DNA from: Patescibacteria group bacterium
GTDB taxonomy: Bacteria; Patescibacteriota; Minisyncoccia; Phycocordibacterales; SBAW01
Assembly (NCBI GenBank): GCA_038056365.1
Contig: JBBUFU010000045.1
Coordinates: 1-30,523 of the forward strand
Direction: 5' to 3'
DNA length: 30,523 nucleotides
Shown: piece after piece, positions 1 to 8,509 of the stretch
Position numbering within the stretch: the stretch's first letter is position 1
Layout of the letters: the number at the start of each line of letters is the position of its first letter
The notes under the pieces: generated by a model
Databases searched by the model: none
Told to the model about the DNA's origin: nothing
The model's input: only the letters and a program-made list of their open reading frames with translations
Translations under genes and position numbers: made by a program

Positions 1-362
1 AGGAAAAGGTCTACCCCGGCTATGTGCTGGTGGATATGATAGTGGACGACCAGTCGTGGTATGTCGTGCGCAACACGCCGCGCGTGACCGGCTTTGTCGG
101 CTCGGGCGTCAACCCGGTACCGCTTAAAGACAACGAGGTGGCGGTTTTGCTCGGCCGCATGCAGGCGACCGAGGGTAGCGTCAAACACGCCATCGACCTG
201 TCGGTCGGCGACCAGGTTACCATCGTCGACGGGCCGTTTAAAGAGCTCGACGGCAAGGTGGGCGAGGTGGACGAGTCGCGCGGCAAGGTTAAGGTGCTCG
301 TGGCGATGTTCGGCCGCGAAACGCCGGTAGAGTTGGACTTTTTGCAAGTTAAACGAATATAA
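1..362 (+). CDS. nusG: Transcription termination/antitermination factor NusG (5'-truncated by window edge)
   Basis: Frame from nt 3 reads EKVYPGYVLVDM...VRNTPRVTGFVG; C-terminal KOW domain (VTIVDGPF...VLVAMFGRETPVELDFLQV); lies upstream of rplK. Confidence 0.97.
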   Translation, partial: EKVYPGYVLVDMIVDDQSWYVVRNTPRVTGFVGSGVNPVPLKDNEVAVLLGRMQATEGSVKHAIDLSVGDQVTIVDGPFKELDGKVGEVDESRGKVKVLVAMFGRETPVELDFLQVKRI

Positions 363-380
363 GTTACTCTCTAAATCTCT

Positions 381-803
381 ATGGCAAAAAAGATAGTCAA
401 AAGAATAAAAATCATCGCAATGGGAGGCGCCGCCGCCATGACCCCGGCCATGGGCCAGGTCTTGGGCCCTGCGGGCATCAACATCGGCGAGTTTTTGAAG
501 AAGTTTAACGACGCGTCCAAAGAGATGCGCGGCGACATGGTGCCGGCCGTCATCTCGGTCTACGAGGACCGCTCGTACGACTTTATCCTCAAGACCCCGC
601 CCGCCTCGAGCCTTATCCTCAAGGCCCTCGGCAAAGAAAAGGGGAGCGGCAAGCCCAACACAAGCAAAATCGGCACGCTTACCCGCGCGCAGGTTAAAGA
701 AATCGCCGAGCGCAAAATGAAGGACCTCAACGCGCACACCATAGACGAGGCGGTCAAAATAATCGCCGGCTCCGCCCGGAGTATGGGGGTCGACGTTAAG
801 TAA
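381..803 (+). CDS. rplK: 50S ribosomal protein L11
   Basis: PAMGQVLGPAGINIGEF...KTPPAS...IIAGSARSMGV, typical of L11; follows nusG. Confidence 0.97.
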   Translation: MAKKIVKRIKIIAMGGAAAMTPAMGQVLGPAGINIGEFLKKFNDASKEMRGDMVPAVISVYEDRSYDFILKTPPASSLILKALGKEKGSGKPNTSKIGTLTRAQVKEIAERKMKDLNAHTIDEAVKIIAGSARSMGVDVK

Positions 804-1337
804 CTACTTCTCCAAAGTAACCCAAGAATATTTTAAGCCACTATGCTCCCGGAGTTCCTCCGAGAGCTTTTTGGTAAACAACTGTTCGTACGCGGGAAAG
901 TAGGCGTCGGCCTCTTTGGTGTCGTCAATCAGCGTCAGGTACAGCCGGTCGGCGTAGGGGAGCATCAGTTTATAAATTTGCGCTCCGCCGCCGATAAAAA
1001 TTTCTTCGCTGTCCAGCGCGCCCGCCTTTTTCAGCGCCTCTTCCGGGGAGTGTGCGACCAGCACCTGTTCGTACTTCAGTGCCGGGTCGCCGGGGTTAAA
1101 CTCCGCTTCGCGCATTAGCACGATGCTGGTGCGCCCGGGGAAGGGTTTGCCCAGCGCCGCCAAAATAGAGTCGTATGTCTTGCGCCCCATAATCACCGGA
1201 TGCCCCAGTGTAAGCTGTTTAAAGCGCTTTAAATCATCGGGGATAGGCCACAGGAGCTCGTTGCCGCGCCCCAACTCGCGGTTTTTGCCGAGTGCGGCGA
1301 TAAGGCTTACGCGCGGGGAGTGGGGTGTGGGCATCAT
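804..1337 (-). CDS. folA: Dihydrofolate reductase
   Basis: SLIAALGKNRELG...LLWPIPDDLKRFKQLTLGHPVIMGRKTYDS...IFIGGGAQIY...DAYFP. True start taken as ATG at 1337; the upstream part of ORF 804..1838 is antisense to the next gene. Confidence 0.95.
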   Translation of the reverse strand: MMPTPHSPRVSLIAALGKNRELGRGNELLWPIPDDLKRFKQLTLGHPVIMGRKTYDSILAALGKPFPGRTSIVLMREAEFNPGDPALKYEQVLVAHSPEEALKKAGALDSEEIFIGGGAQIYKLMLPYADRLYLTLIDDTKEADAYFPAYEQLFTKKLSEELREHSGLKYSWVTLEK

Positions 1338-1391
1338 GGGGATAACGCCCCCACTATACCATCGGGGCCGCCGCAGGCTATAATGCGCGAC

Positions 1392-1925
1392 ATGCAAACG
1401 TCCAACAAAAAAGTCGTTACCAACCTCCGGGAGCTGAAGGAGAAGCTTGCCGCCCACAAAACACTCGGGCACAAAATCGTCTGCACCATCGGCTCGTGGG
1501 ACATGCTCCACATCGGCCACTTGCGCTACCTCAACGCCGCAAAAAAACAGGGGGACATACTGGTGGTCGGCGTCGACAGCGACCGCGGCATTAAGGCGTA
1601 TAAAGGTCCCCTGCGGCCGATTATCCCGCAAGAGGAGCGCATGGAGATGCTTTCGTACCAGGACTGCGTCGACTACGTTACGCTCACCGACGATATAGAC
1701 AAACAAGGCAGGTGGCAATACGAGATACTTAAAAAGCTCCCCGTCGATATTTTTGTCGCGGTGTCCGGGAACAGTTACACCGCGGAGCAAAAAAGAACCA
1801 TAAAAAAGTTCTGCAAGCTCCAAGTGCTCCCGCGGCAAGCCGAAAAGACTTCTTCAACGGATATCATCCAAAACGTGCTCAAGAACCACCTGATAGACAT
1901 GGTGGGGCACTACAAATCTCACTAA
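1392..1925 (+). CDS. HIGH-motif cytidylyltransferase-like nucleotidyltransferase (RfaE domain II/TagD-like)
   Basis: GSWDMLHIGHLRYL, LVVGVDSD, KGPLRPII...ERMEML, TSSTDII. Start at 1392 (alternative 1383), 7 nt after TATAAT. Confidence 0.85.
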   Translation: MQTSNKKVVTNLRELKEKLAAHKTLGHKIVCTIGSWDMLHIGHLRYLNAAKKQGDILVVGVDSDRGIKAYKGPLRPIIPQEERMEMLSYQDCVDYVTLTDDIDKQGRWQYEILKKLPVDIFVAVSGNSYTAEQKRTIKKFCKLQVLPRQAEKTSSTDIIQNVLKNHLIDMVGHYKSH

Positions 1926-2746
1926 TGCGCCGCACCCTTATCCTCCACACTCCCGTAATTCACAAAGGGTATTTGGATTTTCTGAACAAATTCGCCGGCT
2001 CCGTTGAAAAAGTTTACCTTGTCCCGGAGTCGATGGTTGAGGGGCTCTCGACTATAAAGCCCGACATAGCTTCGCTCCCCGCGAAAGAGGTGGCCCGGCT
2101 GCTGAAAAGCATGGGGTACGGGGAGGTAGAAGTTTTTTTAAAAACGAAGGCGGCCGCATTGGCAAAAAAACCGCTGCTCTTCGTCGACGACCGCGTATCC
2201 CGCGCGCTGCGCGATAAGTACTTCGCCAAAAGCAATGTGCGCATGTCCCCGGTGTTCCTCCGCTGGGACGTTGACTCGGTTTTTAGGGAAGAGAGTCTGA
2301 CTGTCGCCAAAACAAAAGCGCCGTTCGACCGCCGCATGATGGGGGAGGCAAGAAAAGAGGCGCAAAAAAGCAGCGACTGGTGGCGCCAAGTAGGGGCGGT
2401 CCTGGTAAAAGGAAAAAAGGTGCTCTCGAAGGCCTTCAATGAAGCGATGCCGAGCGACCACACACCCTACCAACTTGGTGCCGTGCGGGACTTTTTAAAA
2501 CCGGGGGAAAAGCCCGAAATGGTCGACGTCATTCATGCCGAACAGAAAATAATCGCGAACGCGGCAAAAAACGGCCTCTCTCTGCGGGGCACCGCTTTGT
2601 ATGTCACTCACTTCCCGTGCCCGGTATGCGCCAAACTTATAGCGTCCTCGGGCATCGCGCGCTGCTATTTCGCCGAGGGTTCGTCGTCTCTGGCGGGCGG
2701 CCGTCTGCTGGAGCGCGCGGGGGTTAAGCTGATGCGGGTCGTCTGA
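1925..2746 (+). CDS. Deoxycytidylate (dCMP) deaminase family protein with an extra ~130-aa N-terminal domain
   Basis: C-terminal zinc-deaminase motifs HAEQ and PCPVCAK, plus SSDWWRQVGAV; start overlaps the upstream stop codon. Confidence 0.85.
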   Translation: MRRTLILHTPVIHKGYLDFLNKFAGSVEKVYLVPESMVEGLSTIKPDIASLPAKEVARLLKSMGYGEVEVFLKTKAAALAKKPLLFVDDRVSRALRDKYFAKSNVRMSPVFLRWDVDSVFREESLTVAKTKAPFDRRMMGEARKEAQKSSDWWRQVGAVLVKGKKVLSKAFNEAMPSDHTPYQLGAVRDFLKPGEKPEMVDVIHAEQKIIANAAKNGLSLRGTALYVTHFPCPVCAKLIASSGIARCYFAEGSSSLAGGRLLERAGVKLMRVV

Positions 2747-2758
2747 TACTATACAGCG

Positions 2759-3592
2759 ATGAAACACCCTGAAGAACAATATCTGGACCTCCTGCGCGAC
2801 GTACTTGAGAACGGCCAGGGCAAGAGCGACCCGCATGGGGTCGGGAGTATTGCGGTCTGCGGCAGGATGTCGCGCTACAACCTGGAGGACGGATTTCCGC
2901 TCCTAACTACAAAAAAACTTTCTTTTAAATTTATCGTCCACGAATTGCTGTGGTTCCTCAGCGGAGAGAGCCGGATAGACTATTTGCACAAGCACGGCGT
3001 TACTATATGGGATGAGTGGGCCACTAAAGAAAATGCCGCGAAGTACGGTTTAGAGGAGGGGGACCTCGGCCCCATATACGGCCCGCAGTGGAGGCATTGG
3101 AAGACAACGACCGGCGGCGAGATAGACCAGATACAAAAACTGATAGACGGACTCAAAGAGCATCCGGACTGGCGCCGCCACATGGTAACGGCCTGGAACC
3201 CGGAGTTTGTCGACCGTGTGTTTGTCGCCCCCTGCCACGGCATTTTTAAGTGCTTTGCGGTTAACGGCGAGCTGTCGCTGCACATGTTTCAGCGCAGTGC
3301 GGACGTTTTTTTGGGCGTGCCGTACAATATCGCGTCATACTCGCTTCTGCTTATGATGATTGCACAGGTGGTCGGCATGAAACCGAAGGAATTCGTCCAC
3401 ACCACGTCCGACACCCACATCTATAACAACCACTTTAACGAAGCGCGCGAACAACTAACCCGCACGCCGCTGCCGTTCCCGACTGTGACGCTCAACCCCG
3501 ACGTTAAAAACATCTTCGACTTTAAGTTCGAAGATTTTAAGCTGAACAACTATCAGGCACACGGAAGCATAAAGGCCCCTATTGCCATCTAG
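2759..3592 (+). CDS. thyA: Thymidylate synthase
   Basis: GFPLLTTKK, ELLWFLSG, IWDEWA, LGPIYGPQWR, catalytic PCH, QRSADVFLGVPYNIASY, DTHIYNNH. Confidence 0.97.
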   Translation: MKHPEEQYLDLLRDVLENGQGKSDPHGVGSIAVCGRMSRYNLEDGFPLLTTKKLSFKFIVHELLWFLSGESRIDYLHKHGVTIWDEWATKENAAKYGLEEGDLGPIYGPQWRHWKTTTGGEIDQIQKLIDGLKEHPDWRRHMVTAWNPEFVDRVFVAPCHGIFKCFAVNGELSLHMFQRSADVFLGVPYNIASYSLLLMMIAQVVGMKPKEFVHTTSDTHIYNNHFNEAREQLTRTPLPFPTVTLNPDVKNIFDFKFEDFKLNNYQAHGSIKAPIAI

Positions 3593-4038
3593 CCGATAGG
3601 AAAGTTTACGGTCTTGCCTATGCCCGCCTTGGTTTCTTGCGGGTAAATAAGGTGCGCATGCAGGTGCGAAACGGTTGCACCGGTAAAGTCGCTGTCGCCG
3701 AAGCGCATGGTGAGTCCGCCACCTTTTATTTTGTAGCGTTTGACCGCCCACGTCGCAAGCGAAAGAATTGTCCGCATGTCCGCGGCTTTTAGCTCCCCAA
3801 GCGTCTCGTGGTGCTTGGTCGAGATAATAAGAAAATGTTTTTGGCTGTTTTTGTACGGCCACCGGCTTTCGGTGATAAACCAGCCGCCCATTTTTTTGAG
3901 GGCAGGTTTTTTGTGGTACTTAAAGTTCTCGGGGCAAAACGGGCAATGTCCGATGGACGCGATGGAGTTGATGATTTCGCCGTACCCGCCGCCTTTGGCG
4001 AATCGGGGGTTTACCAATTTTTTGCCTTTTTTCTTCAT
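3589..4038 (-). CDS. HIT (histidine triad) family nucleotide hydrolase
   Basis: CPFC near the N-terminus and HLHAH triad; start at 4038 or 4044. Confidence 0.85.
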   Translation of the reverse strand: MKKKGKKLVNPRFAKGGGYGEIINSIASIGHCPFCPENFKYHKKPALKKMGGWFITESRWPYKNSQKHFLIISTKHHETLGELKAADMRTILSLATWAVKRYKIKGGGLTMRFGDSDFTGATVSHLHAHLIYPQETKAGIGKTVNFPIG

Positions 4039-4084
4039 CGCCATCCATCATAGCGCATTGGGGCGGGGGTGGTACAATCCGCCT

Positions 4085-4420
4085 ATGGATTTTGACGAGT
4101 ATCAAAAACTGGCCGGCCGTACGGCCATGTACGCCAAGCAAGACAAGGAGTTTATTCTGATGTATCTGTGCATGGGTATCGCGGGCGAGGGCGGCGAGGT
4201 TATTGAAAAGATAAAAAAAGTCATTCGCAATGACGGTGGGGCGATCTCCAACGAGAAACGCCAGGACCTTAAAAAAGAAATTGGCGACGTGCTGTGGTAC
4301 CTTTCGCAACTCTCGGGGGAGCTCGACGTGCCGTTCGGCGACGTCGCGGAAGCAAACATAAAAAAGCTCGCCGACCGCCAAGTGCGCGGCGTGATTAAAA
4401 GCGAAGGCGACACCCGATAA
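4085..4420 (+). CDS. MazG-like (all-alpha) nucleoside triphosphate pyrophosphohydrolase
   Basis: MDFDEYQ...GIAGEGGEVIEKIKK...KEIGDVLWYLSQL...VAEANIKKLADR (EXXE...EXXD metal motif). ATG 4085 is 6 nt after TGGTACAAT. Confidence 0.88.
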   Translation: MDFDEYQKLAGRTAMYAKQDKEFILMYLCMGIAGEGGEVIEKIKKVIRNDGGAISNEKRQDLKKEIGDVLWYLSQLSGELDVPFGDVAEANIKKLADRQVRGVIKSEGDTR

Positions 4421-4425
4421 CTACT

Positions 4426-5760
4426 ATGAATCTCTACAACCATATACGCAAAGAAGACAAAGACCTTTACAAACTACTCATCGCCGAAGAAAAGCGCCAG
4501 AGGGAAGGTTTAGAGTTGATACCGTCGGAAAACATTGTCTCGCAAGCGGTCCGCGAAGCGATGGGCTCGTGCCTCACCAACAAATACTCCGAAGGATATC
4601 CGCATGCGCGCTACTACGGCGGCAACGAAGTTATCGACGACATCGAGACGCTCGCGCGCGAGCGGGCCAAAAAAATATTCGGCGTGCCGTACGTCAACGT
4701 CCAGCCCTACTCCGGCTCGCCGGCGAACTTGGCGGTCTACCTGGCCACCTGCCAGCCGGGCGAGAAGATTATGGGCCAGTTGCTTACCGCCGGCGGCCAC
4801 CTGACCCACGGGTGGAAGGCGAGCGCCACGAGCATGTTCTACGACGCGGTGCAGTACGGTGTGCGCCCCGACGGCTACCTCGACCTCAAAGAAATAGCGC
4901 GTCTGGCCAAAAAGCACAAACCAAAACTCATTTGGGTCGGCGCGACCGCGTACGTGCGCGAGTTCCCGTTTAAAGAGCTGGCCAAAATCGCTGACAGCGT
5001 CGGCGCCTTTTTGGCGGCTGACATCGCGCACATTGCCGGCCTGGTGGTCGCCGGCGCGCACACAAGCCCGGTACCCTACGCGCACATCGTCACGACCACC
5101 ACGCACAAGACGCTTCGCGGCCCACGCGGCGGCATGATTATGGTCACCAAAAAAGGCCTTGCCAAAGACCCCGAGCTGGGGACAAAAATAGACCGCGCCA
5201 TATTCCCCAACCTGCAGGGCGGTCCGCACAACCACACAACCGCCGGCATTGCGGTGGCGCTTAAGGAGGCAAGTACGCCGGCGTTCCGCGCCTACGGCAA
5301 GCAAATCGTCAAAAACGCCAAAGCATTGGCCCGCACATTGGTGCGCGAGCGGGTCGAGGTGGTGAGCGGCGGTACCGACAACCACATGGTATTGGTCAAA
5401 TGCGGCACGGGCCGCGGCGCCATTGTCGAGATAGCGCTCGACGCTATCGGGCTTACCACCAACAAAAACACCATACCCGACGAACCTTCGTCGCCGTTTT
5501 ATCCGAGCGGTATCCGCATCGGCACTCCGTCTATCACCACCCGCAAGATGAAGGAGCGCGAGATGAAGCTAATAGGGGTGTGGATCGCCGAAGTCATGCG
5601 GCTCACGCAAAGAGAAGAATTGCCGGCCGACAAAACCGCGCGCAAGGCCTACCTCGCCGCGTTTAAAAAACGTGCGCATGCCGACCCCAAACTCGCCAAA
5701 CTCCATAAACAAGTCAAAGCGCTCTGCAAAAAGTTTTCCATCCCCGACTCGTTCGTATAG
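4426..5760 (+). CDS. glyA: Serine hydroxymethyltransferase
   Basis: ELIPSEN, NKYSEGYP..RYYGG, VQPYSGSPAN, GGHLTHG, PLP-lysine motif TTTTHKTLRGPRGG, GGTDNH. Confidence 0.97.
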   Translation: MNLYNHIRKEDKDLYKLLIAEEKRQREGLELIPSENIVSQAVREAMGSCLTNKYSEGYPHARYYGGNEVIDDIETLARERAKKIFGVPYVNVQPYSGSPANLAVYLATCQPGEKIMGQLLTAGGHLTHGWKASATSMFYDAVQYGVRPDGYLDLKEIARLAKKHKPKLIWVGATAYVREFPFKELAKIADSVGAFLAADIAHIAGLVVAGAHTSPVPYAHIVTTTTHKTLRGPRGGMIMVTKKGLAKDPELGTKIDRAIFPNLQGGPHNHTTAGIAVALKEASTPAFRAYGKQIVKNAKALARTLVRERVEVVSGGTDNHMVLVKCGTGRGAIVEIALDAIGLTTNKNTIPDEPSSPFYPSGIRIGTPSITTRKMKEREMKLIGVWIAEVMRLTQREELPADKTARKAYLAAFKKRAHADPKLAKLHKQVKALCKKFSIPDSFV

Positions 5761-5768
5761 AGAAGGAG

Positions 5769-5808
5769 CCCCGACGCCTTGGTCGGGGTCCCGACTGTAA
5801 CGTCGGGA
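5769..5808. repeat. Two tandem perfect 7-bp hairpins (CCCCGAC-n6-GTCGGGG and TCCCGAC-n6-GTCGGGA), REP-like
   Basis: Read directly from the sequence between glyA and the next gene. Confidence 0.75.
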
Positions 5809-5820
5809 TACAATAGCCGT

Positions 5821-6912
5821 ATGCGGCGGCTGTGGCAGAAAGTGTTTAAGTTTTGGCAGAGGTACGAGCACCACTTCGGGGTGGTGGCTCTGCTCGCGGG
5901 CTTCCTTTTTGACTTATGGATAGCCGACCGGCCCGACAGCGTCGCCAACAACTTGTTTTTGCTTTCATATTTATTCGTGGCCGGCGCGCTCATCATCGTC
6001 CTCAACCTGCGAGAAACGCGGCGCAAAGAGGGCACCAGCGCGGAGCCGCTCTTTTTGCTCCTTATTTTGCAGTTTTGTTTCGGCGGTTTGGCGAGCAACC
6101 TGTTGGTGCTCTATGGCCACAGCGGCACGTTTGCGAGCTCGGCACTCTTTTTGGGGATTCTGGTGGCACTCATCTTCGGCAACGAATATATGCGTAGCCG
6201 CTACGTGCGTCTGCACTTCAACGTTGCGGTGTACTACTTTTTGCTACTGACCTACTGCATCATCGCAGTGCCGACCTTTATCTTCCACTCCGTGGGCACG
6301 TTGGTGTTTGTCATGAGCGGGCTGGTAAGCCTCGGCGTTATCGCCACCTTTTTGTTTTTGCTGTACGGCGCGGTCCTGCGCAGGACGGCGCACGGGCTCC
6401 ACGACGTTTCTATTTTAGTCGCGACTATTTTTTTTCTGTTCAACGGGCTCTACTTTCTTGATGTTATACCGCCGGTGCCGCTGTCGCTAAAAAACATCGG
6501 CGTGTACCACACGGTGCTCAAACAATCCGGCGGCGGGTACCTTGCCGCCTACGAGGTACCCGAGTGGTATGCGTTTTGGCGCGACACGAGCGCGGTCTAC
6601 ACCGTCGCGCCGGCCGAGGGGGCCGCCACGGCCTCATGTTTTTCGTCCGTGTTTGCGCCGACCGGGCTCACCACCTCGGTGTACCACCGGTGGGAGGCGT
6701 TTGACCCCCAAAGCGGGGAGTGGCAGAGCATGGCGCAGATATCCTACCCGATATCCGGCGGGCGCGACGGCGGCTACAAGGGTTACAGCATCAAGACGGT
6801 GACGCCGGGGCGGTGGCGCTGTGACGTAGAGACCGCAAGCGGCGCACTCATCGGCCGCGTATCCTTTGATGTGGTCGCGGGCCAACCCGCACTTTCTCAA
6901 ACCGTGCTTTAA
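5821..6912 (+). CDS. Multi-pass membrane protein with C-terminal DUF2914-like domain
   Basis: About 8 hydrophobic segments followed by CFSSVFAP...YHRW...GGRDGGYKGYS...PGRWRCDVET. ATG 5821 is 6 nt after TACAAT. Confidence 0.7.
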   Translation: MRRLWQKVFKFWQRYEHHFGVVALLAGFLFDLWIADRPDSVANNLFLLSYLFVAGALIIVLNLRETRRKEGTSAEPLFLLLILQFCFGGLASNLLVLYGHSGTFASSALFLGILVALIFGNEYMRSRYVRLHFNVAVYYFLLLTYCIIAVPTFIFHSVGTLVFVMSGLVSLGVIATFLFLLYGAVLRRTAHGLHDVSILVATIFFLFNGLYFLDVIPPVPLSLKNIGVYHTVLKQSGGGYLAAYEVPEWYAFWRDTSAVYTVAPAEGAATASCFSSVFAPTGLTTSVYHRWEAFDPQSGEWQSMAQISYPISGGRDGGYKGYSIKTVTPGRWRCDVETASGALIGRVSFDVVAGQPALSQTVL

Positions 6913-6929
6913 GTGATAGGCTACAAATC

Positions 6930-8489
6930 ATGATTCGCGAACGAATAGAGCAGGCCATACGCGCAGCAGTGGGGGAGAATGTTCCTTTTGTCGTCGAGCG
7001 GCCGCGGGCGCTTGCTCATGGCGACTACGCCACCAACGCCGCGCTTGTCGCCAAGGTAGACCCCGGCGAGCTGGCGGCAAAATTAAAGATAGAGGGAGTC
7101 GAAAAGGTTGAGGTCGCGGGCAAGTTCATCAATTTTTATCTCTCCCGCGCGGCGCTGGTGCCGAAAGAAGAAAAGGTTCCCCAGCTTAACGCGGGCAAGA
7201 CCATTTTGGTCGAGTACACGAGCCCGAACCTTTTTAAGCCGCTCCACATCGGCAACTTGGTAAGCAATATTTTGGGCGAGTCGGTCGCGCGCCTTCTTGA
7301 GCGCACCGGCGCCAGGGTTATGAGAATTAACTTTCCCTCCGATATCGGGCTGACGGTCGCCAAAGGTGTGTGGGGGCTTCAAAAGCTCAGCCTCGACCCG
7401 GGCGACATTGCCCAGCTTGGTCGCGCCTACGTAGCGGGTACCGAAGCGTACGAAGGCGCCGCAAAGAAAGAAATAGAGGCGGTCAACAAGGCGCTGTACG
7501 AAAACTCCGACCCGGCACTAAGTAGCCTGCGCGCCCAAGGCATCGAAACATCGCGCAAACACTTGGACGGGTTGTGCGCGCGGCTCGGCTCAAAGTTCGA
7601 CAAAGAGTTTTTTGAGAGCGAGTCGGGCCCCATCGGCCGCGAGCTGGTGCGCGCAAACATGGGTACGGTCTTCGAGGAGAGCGACGGGGCGGTGGTGTAT
7701 CGCGGCGAGCAAGACGGCCTGCATACCCGAGTGTTCCTCAACTCGGTGGGGCTGCCGACGTATGAGGCGAAAGACCTCGGGCTTCTTAAACTCAAACTCG
7801 ACACGTATCCGGATTTTGATATCACCATAACCGACACAGGCCCCGAACAGACGGAATATTTTAAAGTGCTGTACGCCGCGGCACGTAAGGTGTTTCCGCA
7901 ACTAAAAAATAAAACGCTCGGGCATATTGCGCACGGCTACCTCAAACTTAGCAGCGGCAAGATGTCCTCGCGGCTCGGCAACGTCATCACCGGCGAGTCC
8001 CTGCTTGACGATGTTACCCTAGCCGCCCGCGGCAAGGAGGAGGTTGCGGTCGGCGCGCTCAAATATATGGTGCTCAAGTCGGGCAATGGCAGAGATATTA
8101 TTTTTGACCCGGAGAAATCGCTTTCGCTCGAGGGCGACTCGGGGCCATACTTGCAGTACGCGCGGGTACGCGCAGGGTCGTTGCTCACAAAAATAAAAGA
8201 GGCGGGGCTCTCGGCGGGCACCGAAGACATGCCCACAGAGGCAAGCGCGCTTGAGCGTGTGCTCGTCCATTACACCGATGCAGTGGCTCGCGCGGCCAAA
8301 GAGCTCGAGCCGCATTACCTCACGACCTTTTTGACCGAGTTGGCGGCGGCATTTAACAGTTGGTACGCGAGCGAGCGCGTCATCGGCGGAAAGTATCCCG
8401 AGTACGGCGCATTCCTAACCGCCGCCGTCGAGCGCACCTTGCGCGAGGGGCTCGAGACGCTCGGCATTCCCGTCCCCGAGGAGATGTAA
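6930..8489 (+). CDS. argS: Arginine--tRNA ligase
   Basis: HGDYATN, VEYTSPNLFKPLHIGNL, GKMSSRLGNV, GDSGPYLQYA, DALR-type C-terminus. Confidence 0.96.
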   Translation: MIRERIEQAIRAAVGENVPFVVERPRALAHGDYATNAALVAKVDPGELAAKLKIEGVEKVEVAGKFINFYLSRAALVPKEEKVPQLNAGKTILVEYTSPNLFKPLHIGNLVSNILGESVARLLERTGARVMRINFPSDIGLTVAKGVWGLQKLSLDPGDIAQLGRAYVAGTEAYEGAAKKEIEAVNKALYENSDPALSSLRAQGIETSRKHLDGLCARLGSKFDKEFFESESGPIGRELVRANMGTVFEESDGAVVYRGEQDGLHTRVFLNSVGLPTYEAKDLGLLKLKLDTYPDFDITITDTGPEQTEYFKVLYAAARKVFPQLKNKTLGHIAHGYLKLSSGKMSSRLGNVITGESLLDDVTLAARGKEEVAVGALKYMVLKSGNGRDIIFDPEKSLSLEGDSGPYLQYARVRAGSLLTKIKEAGLSAGTEDMPTEASALERVLVHYTDAVARAAKELEPHYLTTFLTELAAAFNSWYASERVIGGKYPEYGAFLTAAVERTLREGLETLGIPVPEEM

Positions 8490-8509
8490 TTTTTGTTATA
8501 GTTCTTGGT

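Noticed and set aside
2759-3592. Idea that ThyA+MazG+HIT form a phage-like DNA base-modification system
   Set aside because: ThyA keeps the dUMP-specifying Asn and sits with folA and glyA; no phage, glycosyltransferase or polymerase genes are nearby. Ordinary dTMP synthesis explains it better.
8360-8509. Upstream extension of the ileS ORF
   Set aside because: It overlaps argS in another frame; ATG 8510 has a -10 box 7 nt upstream and gives a normal IleRS N-terminus.
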